Positions 1 through 8,032 of a DNA stretch of 64,000 nt are shown in pieces (positions within the stretch are counted from its first letter, which is position 1; each line of letters starts with the position of its first letter). The DNA comes from Candidatus Poribacteria bacterium (GTDB lineage: Bacteria > Poribacteria > WGA-4E > GCA-2687025). The translations under genes were made by a program, and so were the position numbers. The notes beneath the pieces were generated by a model that was given only the letters and a program-made list of their open reading frames with translations, did not search any database and was not told the origin of the DNA. The stretch lies in assembly GCA_963665845.2 (NCBI GenBank), contig OY762492.1, positions 1,216,001-1,280,000 of the forward strand, in the 5' to 3' direction.

Positions 1-234
1 TTCGACATCGTGAGCGTTTTTTTAGAGAAAACGCTGCCGGGATTCGGCGAGATTTTTCGTTACTTGAGCTACGAGGAGATCGGCTCCGGCGCGATCATGT
101 CGCGGGCGACCGCCGGCGTCGCGCGGGACACGATCGTGTTTTCGATACCCGGCTCTCGAAACGCGGTCGGACTCGCCATGGAAGCGCTCATCTTGAAAGA
201 GCTGCCGCATCTGGTCTGGGAGGTCGCGCGTTAG
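1..234 (+). CDS. moaB: Molybdenum cofactor biosynthesis protein MoaB/MogA family, 5'-truncated by window edge
   Basis: Frame open from base 1. Motifs [28 protein letters not shown] and FSIPGS match the MoaB C-terminal half. Confidence 0.85.
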   Translation, partial: FDIVSVFLEKTLPGFGEIFRYLSYEEIGSGAIMSRATAGVARDTIVFSIPGSRNAVGLAMEALILKELPHLVWEVAR

Positions 235-268
235 CCGGCGTTAGCGGAAAGAGCGGGGACAAAGGCGT

Positions 269-2218
269 ATGAACCGGGCGGACGAACGCAGCCCCGCGCG
301 GCAGGTCGGGGTGACATGGCGCGCGGTCGCCCTAGGGGCGGTTCTATGCGTCCCAAATGTGTTCTGGGTGCTGGAAGTGGAGGGGATGTGGCACTCTGGA
401 CATCCGACCACCATCTCGCTTTTCTGGAACGTCGTTCTCAACATTTTTCTCCTCATTATTTTCAATTTAACCGTACGCCGATTCCGTCCGGCGTGGGCGT
501 TGAATCAAGGCGAATTGATCACCATCTATGTGATGCTGTCGGTTGCCTCCGGGCTGGCGGGGCATGACGCGCTCGCCCTCACCATACCCGCCATTCCGCA
601 TGCGTTTCAGTTTGCGACGCCTGAAAATCAGTGGGCGGAAATGTTTTTCAGGTATATCCCTGAGCATCTGGTCGTCTTTGACCCTGAAAAGAAGATCATT
701 GACGGATTTTATGAGGGCGACTCGCTTGATCAGTTTTATGCGTGGAAGACGCTGCGCCCTTGGCTGCGGGTGACGCTCTGGTGGACAAGCCTGATTGCCG
801 CGCTGGGGCTGGCGATGGTCAGCATAAACGTCTTTGTCCGCAAGCAGTGGACGGAGCATGAGAAGCTGGCGTATCCGATCATTCAGCTGCCGATGGCGAT
901 CACGGAGAAAGGCGGCGCGTCCGGCTTTTTCAAAGACAAAATACTCTGGATCGGGTTCGGCGCGGCGGCGGCGCTGGACATCCTGAACGGCTTGAATGCG
1001 CTGTTTCCGTTTGTGCCGGGCTTTGCTGTGCGGCATAACCTGCGCACGCTGCGCTTCACAGAGCGTCCGTGGAGCGCGATGGGAGGCGTTCCCGTTCCGC
1101 TTTATCCGTTTGTGATCGGGCTGGGTTATCTGCTGCCGCTGGATCTGTCGTTTTCGATGTGGTTCTTCTTTGTGTTTAAGAAGCTGCAGCAGGTGTTTGT
1201 GTCGGCGACCGGAATGCGCGTCGCGGGCGCTCCGTTTTTGAGCGAGCAGTCGATAGGCGGATGGCTGGCGGTCTTTTTTGCGGCGGTCTGGTCGACGCGG
1301 CGGCATCTGGCGAAGGTCGGAAAGCATCTGGTCGGCGTACAGAAGATGGACGACAGCAAGGAGCCGATCAGCTACCGCGCGGCGGGCGTCATGCTTCTGG
1401 TCTGCTCGGCGTATATTGTGTATTTCTGTTTGAACGCGGGAATGACGCTTGCGATTATTTTGCCTTTTTTCGCCTTCTTTTTTGCAATATCCATCGGCAT
1501 CACGCGGGTCAGGGCGGAGTTTGGACCGCCGGCGCATGAGATGGCCGGCATGGTGAACGCGCAGCAGTTTTTGATCAACATCCTTGGAACGCGCGGGTTC
1601 GGTTTTCAAAATCTAGGCGTCGTTCCATATTTTTGGTTTTTCAGCGGACGCGGTTATCGGGAGCATATCATGCCGCATCAGCTGGAAGGCTTTAAAATGG
1701 CGGAGCGGGCGAATATGAACACAAAGCGGCTGGTGTTCGCCATCGGCGCCGCTCTCGTCATCGGCTCCCTCGCGTCCTGGTGGGCGGGCGTGAGCGAGAT
1801 GTACCGTCTTGGACATGCGCGCGCCGCCCCGTTCGTCGGGCATATCGGTCAGTTCAACTGGGTCGCCGGCCATTTCAGCAACCCTGTCGACCCGAACCGT
1901 CCGGCGATGGCGGCGATGGCGGGCGGGATGATCTTCACATTCCTGCTGATGCTGATGCGCATGAAGTTCATGTGGTGGCCGTTTCATCCGGCGGGGTATG
2001 CGATTTCGATGACGTTTGGAGTGGAGTATTTTTGGTCATGCTTGGTGATCTCATCGGCGTTGAAACTGATCATTCTCAAATTTGCGGGCATGAAAGCGAA
2101 CCGCCGAGCGACCAAGTTTTTCTTCGGAGTGATTTTAGGCGAGTACTGCGTCGGCGCTTTCTGGAGCGCGCTGAGCGTCATTTTACAGGCGAGGACATAT
2201 GATTTTGCGCCAGGTTAA
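269..2218 (+). CDS. DUF6785/DUF6784-like polytopic membrane protein (putative OPT-like transporter)
   Basis: 649 aa with many TM segments. Motifs RKQWTEHEKLAYPIIQLP, TRVRAEFG, WWPFHPAGY, FFFGVILGE. Confidence 0.7.
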   Translation: MNRADERSPARQVGVTWRAVALGAVLCVPNVFWVLEVEGMWHSGHPTTISLFWNVVLNIFLLIIFNLTVRRFRPAWALNQGELITIYVMLSVASGLAGHDALALTIPAIPHAFQFATPENQWAEMFFRYIPEHLVVFDPEKKIIDGFYEGDSLDQFYAWKTLRPWLRVTLWWTSLIAALGLAMVSINVFVRKQWTEHEKLAYPIIQLPMAITEKGGASGFFKDKILWIGFGAAAALDILNGLNALFPFVPGFAVRHNLRTLRFTERPWSAMGGVPVPLYPFVIGLGYLLPLDLSFSMWFFFVFKKLQQVFVSATGMRVAGAPFLSEQSIGGWLAVFFAAVWSTRRHLAKVGKHLVGVQKMDDSKEPISYRAAGVMLLVCSAYIVYFCLNAGMTLAIILPFFAFFFAISIGITRVRAEFGPPAHEMAGMVNAQQFLINILGTRGFGFQNLGVVPYFWFFSGRGYREHIMPHQLEGFKMAERANMNTKRLVFAIGAALVIGSLASWWAGVSEMYRLGHARAAPFVGHIGQFNWVAGHFSNPVDPNRPAMAAMAGGMIFTFLLMLMRMKFMWWPFHPAGYAISMTFGVEYFWSCLVISSALKLIILKFAGMKANRRATKFFFGVILGEYCVGAFWSALSVILQARTYDFAPG

Positions 2219-2228
2219 TGCGGGCTGG

Positions 2229-3278
2229 ATGTATCGAATAGCCGCCGTTCTTCTGTGTTGGACAGGCGCGTCGGCAACGTCGTTTGCGCAGACGGAGGAG
2301 AGCGGCGGCGCCTACGCGCTCGATTTCTTGACGATTGGCGTCGGCGCGCGCGCCGCGGGAATGGGCAACGCTCATACCGCCTTGGCGGAGGACGCGACCG
2401 CCGCCTACTGGAACCCGGCGGGGCTGGCGAACATCGAAGAGCGCGCCTTTGCGGCGCAGCATGGCGACATGTTCCAGCAGTCCGGCGGCTTTCCCCTTGG
2501 ACGCGGGCTGGCGCAATACAACTATCTCGGCGCCGCGATGCCGTTTGAGGGCGGCGTCTTATCGATCAGCTGGATGCGCCTCGGCGTGGACGACATACCG
2601 CGCGTCACCTTCATTGATGTGAACGGCGACGGCATACTCGGCACCTTTAGGGACCTGAACCAAAACGGCGTCAAGGACGACGGAGAAGCGTATATCGACG
2701 AGCCGGTCGTCGCGGAAACCTTCAGCAACTCGGACGACGCGTTCTCCGCCTCCTATGCGCGCCGCTTGACGGAGCGTTTGTCAGCGGGCGGCTCGCTCAA
2801 AATTTTCCGCCAAAGCCTTTTAAACTACGCCGGCGCCGGCGCCGGTTTTGATCTCGGCGGTACGTATCGAATCAGCGGCTCTCTTAAAGCGGGCTTGACT
2901 CTCCAGGATATGTTCGGCTCGCGGGTGAAATGGAACACGCCGACGCGCCCGACGTTTGTCAAGAAGATGAACGCGCGGTTAGGTCTGGCGGGGAAATGGC
3001 AGACGGGAAGGCTGTTTGAGACAGCGGCGGCGGCGGATATTCATCTGAACGATTCGTTTCAGCGCAGCGAAGGCGGCGGCTCGCGCCTGCATGTCGGGGC
3101 GGAGCTGACGGTCTTAAAGACGGTCAGTTTTCGCGCCGGTTTGGACGCGGGCGATTTCACCGCGGGGGCGGGCGCGCGCGTCCCGATCGACGGCGCGCTT
3201 CTCTACGCCGATTACGCTTTTATGACGCATCCTGATCTGGGCGACGCGCAGCGCATCTCTTTGAGCGGGACGTTTTGA
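2229..3278 (+). CDS. PorV/PorQ (UPF0164)-family outer-membrane barrel protein
   Basis: Signal peptide, then FLTIGVGARAAGMGNA..EDATAAYWNPAGLA; ends DYAF...QRISLSGTF (terminal Phe). Start taken at ATG 2229 (ORF track starts 2199). Confidence 0.75.
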   Translation: MYRIAAVLLCWTGASATSFAQTEESGGAYALDFLTIGVGARAAGMGNAHTALAEDATAAYWNPAGLANIEERAFAAQHGDMFQQSGGFPLGRGLAQYNYLGAAMPFEGGVLSISWMRLGVDDIPRVTFIDVNGDGILGTFRDLNQNGVKDDGEAYIDEPVVAETFSNSDDAFSASYARRLTERLSAGGSLKIFRQSLLNYAGAGAGFDLGGTYRISGSLKAGLTLQDMFGSRVKWNTPTRPTFVKKMNARLGLAGKWQTGRLFETAAAADIHLNDSFQRSEGGGSRLHVGAELTVLKTVSFRAGLDAGDFTAGAGARVPIDGALLYADYAFMTHPDLGDAQRISLSGTF

Positions 3279-5206
3279 ACGGCGGCGAATCGAGCCAATC
3301 AGCGGAAAAAGCGCGCGGCGCTACGTCGCGCGGAGTTACATGGCGCGCTGTCGGGCTTGGCGCGGCGCTCATTCCGTTCAACGCCTACTGGATACAGGAC
3401 TCGGCGGGGCAGGGCTATCCGACGACCGTCTCGCTGTTTTTCAACGTCATCTTTTGCCTGTTCTGGATCACGGCGCTGAACGCGGCGCTGGGACGCGCCT
3501 TTCCAAAATACGCGCTCTTGCAGGGCGAACTGCTGACCGTCTACACGATGGTATCGATTGCGTCCGCGCTGGCGGGGCATGACATGCTGCGCGTTCTCAT
3601 TCCGATGATCGCGCATCCGTTCCGCTTTGCGACGCCGGAAAACGAATGGGCGGAGCTGTTCCACCGCTACATACCGGACTGGATCGCCATCAAGGACAAG
3701 GCGGCTCTGGAGGAGCTGTATCAAGGAGAGTCGTCGCTGTACCAATGGAAAAACGCGAAGGTATGGGCGGTTCCCGCGCTGGCGTGGACCGCGTTTTTGA
3801 CGGCGCTGACAACCTTCATGCTGGGAATCAATCTCATCGTTCGCCGGCAGTGGACGGAGAACGAGAAGCTGTCCTATCCGATCATACAGCTCCCGCTGGA
3901 GATGACAGCGGGCGGCGGTTCAAAGGGAGCGCTGCGGTCGGGGGCGTTGTGGGCGGGCTTTGCGCTGGCGGGGGCGGTGGACGCCTTGAACGGGCTGAAT
4001 TTTCTATATCCGTCCATGCCGAGCCTCGGCGGAAAGTTGGTGAACCTTCAGCCGATACTCTTCAACGAAAAACCTTGGAACGCCGCCGGCTGGACGCCGA
4101 TTGGACTCTTTCCGTTTGCGGTCGGGATGGCGTTTTTTATTCCGCTCGATTTAGCGTTTTCCTCCTGGTTTTTCTATCTTTTTTGGAAGGCGGAGCGCAT
4201 CCTCGGCGGCGCGTTGGGATTGCGGAACATTCCGCGTTTTCCGTATGTGGATGAGCAGTCGCTGGGAGCGTATATCGGGCTGTTTTTGATCGCGGCGGTC
4301 GTGTCGCGGCGGCATTTGGCGCATATCGGGCGCGGTCTGCTTCGGCGCGGAGCCGGCCGCGCGGAGGGGGAGCCGTTCACCTATCGGGGCATGCTTTGGC
4401 TGCTGATTCTTTCCGGAGCGGCGCTGTTTGCGTTTTGTAAATTGGCGGGGATGTCGACCTGGGCAATTCTGATGTTTTTCGCCGTCTATTTCATGATCGC
4501 CGTAGCGGTGACCCGCATGCGCGCCGAACTCGGCTCTCCTGTGCATGACCTTCATTTTATTGGTCCGGACGAGATGGGTCCGCGCATCTTTGGAACGCGC
4601 GTCTTGGGTCCGCAGAATCTAACGATGTTCTCCTACTTTTTCTTTTTTAACAGAGCGCACCGCGGACATCCGATGCCGCACCAGCTGGAAGGCTACAAGC
4701 TGGCGGAGCGGGCGGGAAGCGGCAGCCGCCGTTTGACATGGGCGATGCTGCTTGCGGCGGTCGCGGGCATTTTGGCGTCGTTTTGGGCGTATGCGCATCT
4801 TTCGTATGAGGAGGGGGCGCGGTCATGGTTTGCGGGTCATCCGTTCAACAGGCTGCGCGGCTGGCTTGCGTCGCCGAAGGAGCCGGACGCGGGCGCTGTC
4901 GTTGCCGCGGGCGCGGGCTTGGCGCAGACCGTCTTTTTGATGGCGATGCGGATGAAGTATGTATGGTGGCCGTTTCATCCGGCGGGCTTTGCGATCTCAA
5001 GCAGCTGGTCAATCAATGTGTTCTGGTTCTCTATTTTTGTCAGCAACGTACTCAAATGGGTTCTTTTGAAGCAGGGCGGTTTGACGCTGCATCGGCGGGC
5101 GGCGCCGTTTTTCTTGGGGCTGATACTGGGGGAGTTTGTGGTCGGCGGCGTATGGAGCCTTATCGGCGTTCTTTTAAACAGGCCGATGTACCGCTTTTTG
5201 TATTAG
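3275..5206 (+). CDS. DUF6785/DUF6784-like polytopic membrane protein, paralog of 269..2218
   Basis: Shares GVTWRAV, LAGHD, FATPENEWAE, QWTENEKLSYPIIQLP, MPHQLEG and WWPFHPAG with the upstream paralog. TTG start overlaps the PorV-like stop (TTGA). Confidence 0.7.
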   Translation: MNGGESSQSAEKARGATSRGVTWRAVGLGAALIPFNAYWIQDSAGQGYPTTVSLFFNVIFCLFWITALNAALGRAFPKYALLQGELLTVYTMVSIASALAGHDMLRVLIPMIAHPFRFATPENEWAELFHRYIPDWIAIKDKAALEELYQGESSLYQWKNAKVWAVPALAWTAFLTALTTFMLGINLIVRRQWTENEKLSYPIIQLPLEMTAGGGSKGALRSGALWAGFALAGAVDALNGLNFLYPSMPSLGGKLVNLQPILFNEKPWNAAGWTPIGLFPFAVGMAFFIPLDLAFSSWFFYLFWKAERILGGALGLRNIPRFPYVDEQSLGAYIGLFLIAAVVSRRHLAHIGRGLLRRGAGRAEGEPFTYRGMLWLLILSGAALFAFCKLAGMSTWAILMFFAVYFMIAVAVTRMRAELGSPVHDLHFIGPDEMGPRIFGTRVLGPQNLTMFSYFFFFNRAHRGHPMPHQLEGYKLAERAGSGSRRLTWAMLLAAVAGILASFWAYAHLSYEEGARSWFAGHPFNRLRGWLASPKEPDAGAVVAAGAGLAQTVFLMAMRMKYVWWPFHPAGFAISSSWSINVFWFSIFVSNVLKWVLLKQGGLTLHRRAAPFFLGLILGEFVVGGVWSLIGVLLNRPMYRFLY

Positions 5207-5226
5207 CGCCGGCGCTTTCCGCGCCT

Positions 5227-5326
5227 TAAACCCCCCTAGCCCCCCTTTTCAAGGGGGAATCGGACGCCGCGCCCGTCCTCTAAACCCCCCTAGCCCCCTT
5301 TTCAAGGGGGAATCGGACGCCGCGCC
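5227..5326. repeat. Two tandem copies of REP-like element family B (TAAACCCCCCTAGCCCCCTTTTCAAGGGGGAATCGGACGC) between convergent genes
   Basis: Copies start at 5227 and 5281, each with a CCCCCTT-TTC-AAGGGGG hairpin. Further copies near 12979, 22857(-), 28123, 29335(-, degenerate), 39067(-), 57852 and 57975. Confidence 0.85.
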
Positions 5327-6414
5327 TATTCAATATCCCAGATGTAGATCTCGCCGTTTTCGTCAGCGCCGGCGATCGTTTTTCCGTCCGGCGAATAAGC
5401 CATCATGACGATTTGCTTTGATGAATGAGAGAGCGTATGCAGCAGCTCGCCGCTCGCCGCGTCCCATATCCTAACGGCGTTCGGGATGTTTTGGACGAGA
5501 CTCTTGCCGGTCGGCGAATACGGACTCCCATACAGAAGCCTATGGTGTATCTCCATCTTCTCGTTCAGCGTCTTGATCAAGGCGCCCGTGTCGGCGTCCC
5601 ATATCTTAACATTGCGTTCGCTGACGCTGGAGATCGTTTTGCCGTCCGGGTAATACGCAGGATTCAATATTTTGCTGCGATGTCCGTAGAGCATATGAAC
5701 TAAAGCCCCTGTTTCCGCGTCCCAGACCTGGATTCCGCTTTCATAGCTGGCGGTTACGATGCGCTTGCCGTCCGGCGAATATGAGGCATACGACCTGCCG
5801 CTGTGTCCGCCGAGCGTATGAAGCAGCGCGCCCGTCTCAACATCCCATATCTTCGGGGCGGAATTGGGGCCGGCTGTGGCAATGCGCTTGCTGTCCGGCG
5901 AATACATGAAGGAGAACCCGTCTACGGTATGAATTCGCGCGCCTGTGTCGACATCCCAAATAGAGACCGATTTGCCCGAGCTCGCCGTGGCGACTGTTCG
6001 ACCGTTTGGAGAAAACTTGACATGGCCGAGGCCGCGGGTCGCTTCGAGCGTTTTCAATTCGCCTGTGGAGATATTCCACAGAAAAGCATCCTTGAGAGGG
6101 TTCCCTGCGGCAATCAGCCGCTCATCGGGCGATAGAGACGCAAAGACGCCGGGGACGCTCTCTGCATTGAGAAGCCAGCCCGTTTCGACATCCCAAAGGC
6201 GAACGGCGTTGTCCTCGCCAGCGCTAAGGAGCGTCCTGCTGTCCAAAAAAAAGGCGAGCGATGATACGAAACGCGAAGGCGAATGCCCCGGCAAGATGGT
6301 TCGAGGCGGTACCGCCTCTACTTCGTCGCCTTGGCGCAGCCAAAAGAACGCGCCGACCGCCGCAACCAGCGCAGCCGCTAAACCGATCCATACCCAGCCC
6401 TTAAACTTGTCCAT
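5326..6414 (-). CDS. Membrane-anchored WD40 beta-propeller protein
   Basis: N-terminal TM helix; repeated SPDGK..IAT..IWDxETG..LHTL.GH units. Confidence 0.85.
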   Translation of the reverse strand: MDKFKGWVWIGLAAALVAAVGAFFWLRQGDEVEAVPPRTILPGHSPSRFVSSLAFFLDSRTLLSAGEDNAVRLWDVETGWLLNAESVPGVFASLSPDERLIAAGNPLKDAFLWNISTGELKTLEATRGLGHVKFSPNGRTVATASSGKSVSIWDVDTGARIHTVDGFSFMYSPDSKRIATAGPNSAPKIWDVETGALLHTLGGHSGRSYASYSPDGKRIVTASYESGIQVWDAETGALVHMLYGHRSKILNPAYYPDGKTISSVSERNVKIWDADTGALIKTLNEKMEIHHRLLYGSPYSPTGKSLVQNIPNAVRIWDAASGELLHTLSHSSKQIVMMAYSPDGKTIAGADENGEIYIWDIE

Positions 6415-6458
6415 GAATATCCCTCATGCGCGTTAGGCTAGCATCAACAAGGATGGCA

Positions 6459-7574
6459 TCAAGGCGCGGGCTTCGCCTGTTCAATACGCCAGATGTAAAT
6501 CTCGCCGTTTTCGTCAGCGCCGGCGATCGTCTTTCCGTCCGGCGAAAAGGCCAGCCTATAAAAATTCTTTGATGAATGGGAGAGCGTGTGCCGAAGCTCG
6601 CCGCTCGCCGCGTCCCATATCCTGACAGCGTTCCGGATGTTTTGGATGAGATATTTGCCAGTCGGCGAATACGGACTCCCGTACATATGCCTGCCGCCCT
6701 TCACCATCTTTTCGTTCAGCGTTTTGATCAAGGCGCCTGTTTCGGCGTCCCAGATCTTAACGTTGCGTTTGCCGACGCTGGAAATCGTTTTCCCGTCCGG
6801 ATAATACGCGGGCATCAATCCCTTTTCGCGATGTCCTTGGAGCGTATGAACGAAATCTCCTGTTTCCGCGTCCCAGACCTGAATCCCGTATTCATGGCTG
6901 GAGGTTACGATGCGCTTGCCGTCCGGCGAATAGGAGCCGTACGACCATATGGTATGTTCGCCGAGCGTGTGAAGCAGCGCGCCTGTTTTGACATCCCACA
7001 CCTTCGGAGCGGAGTCGTTGCCGGCTGCGGAGCCGGCTGTGAGGATGCGCTTGCCGTCCGGCGAGTACATGAAGGAGAACCCGTCTACGGTCTGAAGCAG
7101 CGCGCCCGTCTCAACATCCCATATGCCAATGGAGTCGTACGATTCCAACGAGGAAACCGTTCGACCGTTTGGAGCAAACATGATCGCCTCGGCAATACCG
7201 CGGCTGGCTTCGAGCGGTGTCGATTTGCCTGTGGAGAGATTCCACAGATAGATTTTCTTCGGAGAATTAAATACAGCAATCCGTTGTTCATCGGGCGATA
7301 TGGTCGCAAAGGAGCCAGGCGCTATTCCTGTATTGAGAAGTTTGCCCGTGTCGACATCCCAGAGGCGAACGACATTGTCGTTGCCCGCGCTGAGGAGCGT
7401 CTTGCCGTCCGGAAAAAAGGCGAGCGATGAAACGGCGGGCGAATTTCCCGGCAAGATGATTCGGGGCGGTACCGCCGCTATCTCCGCCTCATCGCCCTGT
7501 CGCAGCCAGAAGAACGCGCCGACCGCCGCCGCAACCGCCAACCCGATCCATATCCAGCGCTTAAACTTGTTCAT
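6459..7574 (-). CDS. Membrane-anchored WD40 beta-propeller protein, tandem paralog of 5326..6414
   Basis: Colinear and highly similar to the neighbouring paralog. Start set at MNKFKRW (7574) by analogy to MDKFKGW. Confidence 0.85.
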   Translation of the reverse strand: MNKFKRWIWIGLAVAAAVGAFFWLRQGDEAEIAAVPPRIILPGNSPAVSSLAFFPDGKTLLSAGNDNVVRLWDVDTGKLLNTGIAPGSFATISPDEQRIAVFNSPKKIYLWNLSTGKSTPLEASRGIAEAIMFAPNGRTVSSLESYDSIGIWDVETGALLQTVDGFSFMYSPDGKRILTAGSAAGNDSAPKVWDVKTGALLHTLGEHTIWSYGSYSPDGKRIVTSSHEYGIQVWDAETGDFVHTLQGHREKGLMPAYYPDGKTISSVGKRNVKIWDAETGALIKTLNEKMVKGGRHMYGSPYSPTGKYLIQNIRNAVRIWDAASGELRHTLSHSSKNFYRLAFSPDGKTIAGADENGEIYIWRIEQAKPAP

Positions 7575-7714
7575 GGGCATCCTCCCTGTCAAGCATGCTA
7601 GCAGCGGCAAGGATGCGCGTCAAGGAAGGGGATGACAGCGGAAATCGGCGGTACGGTTGACGAAAGCGGGGCGTTGACGTACATTAACCTTAGCAGGCGT
7701 TCGATATTGGCGAC

Positions 7715-8032
7715 ATGGAAAGGATGAGGCGCTTTATGAAAATTTTACTGGCGGCGGTCTGCATTGCCGCATGCGCAATGTATGCCGGATGCGGCGACGA
7801 GACCACCATCATTCACACCACTCAAGAAACGCGCGAGGACGACGAACTCTCATACGGCATGGACTCGGAGCGAACCGCCGAAGAGCCGACAGGCATGGAG
7901 GATGGCGGGTTCGATGCCGACTTTGACAGCGCGCTCGGTCTCTCTCTGGCGGCGCTCCTAGCGGCTGCGGCGGCGGCGGCAGCGCGCATTCGCCGCCGGC
8001 AGATTCGGCTCGCCGCCCCCGCTCTGAAATGA
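7715..8032 (+). CDS. Small putative lipoprotein with acidic linker and C-terminal TM plus Arg-rich tail
   Basis: Lipobox-like YAGC, acidic middle, LGLSLAALLAAAAAAAARIRRR tail. Stop overlaps the next ATG (ATGA). True start may be 7724 or 7736. Confidence 0.55.
   Translation: MERMRRFMKILLAAVCIAACAMYAGCGDETTIIHTTQETREDDELSYGMDSERTAEEPTGMEDGGFDADFDSALGLSLAALLAAAAAAAARIRRRQIRLAAPALK

Noticed and set aside
467-1609. Long antisense or alternate-frame ORFs (e.g. 467..1609, 44125..45360, 56601..57842)
   Set aside because: Shadow ORFs expected in high-GC coding DNA. They overlap well-supported genes and have no motifs.
5227-5326. Tandem C/G-rich repeats (also 57847-58022) as a CRISPR array
   Set aside because: Only two units per site, no unique spacers of constant length, copies dispersed across the window, and no cas genes. 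These are REP-like.
5326-7574. WD40 pair as a diversity-generating retroelement template/variable region
   Set aside because: No reverse transcriptase in the window. Both copies are full genes and the differences are not confined to adenines.
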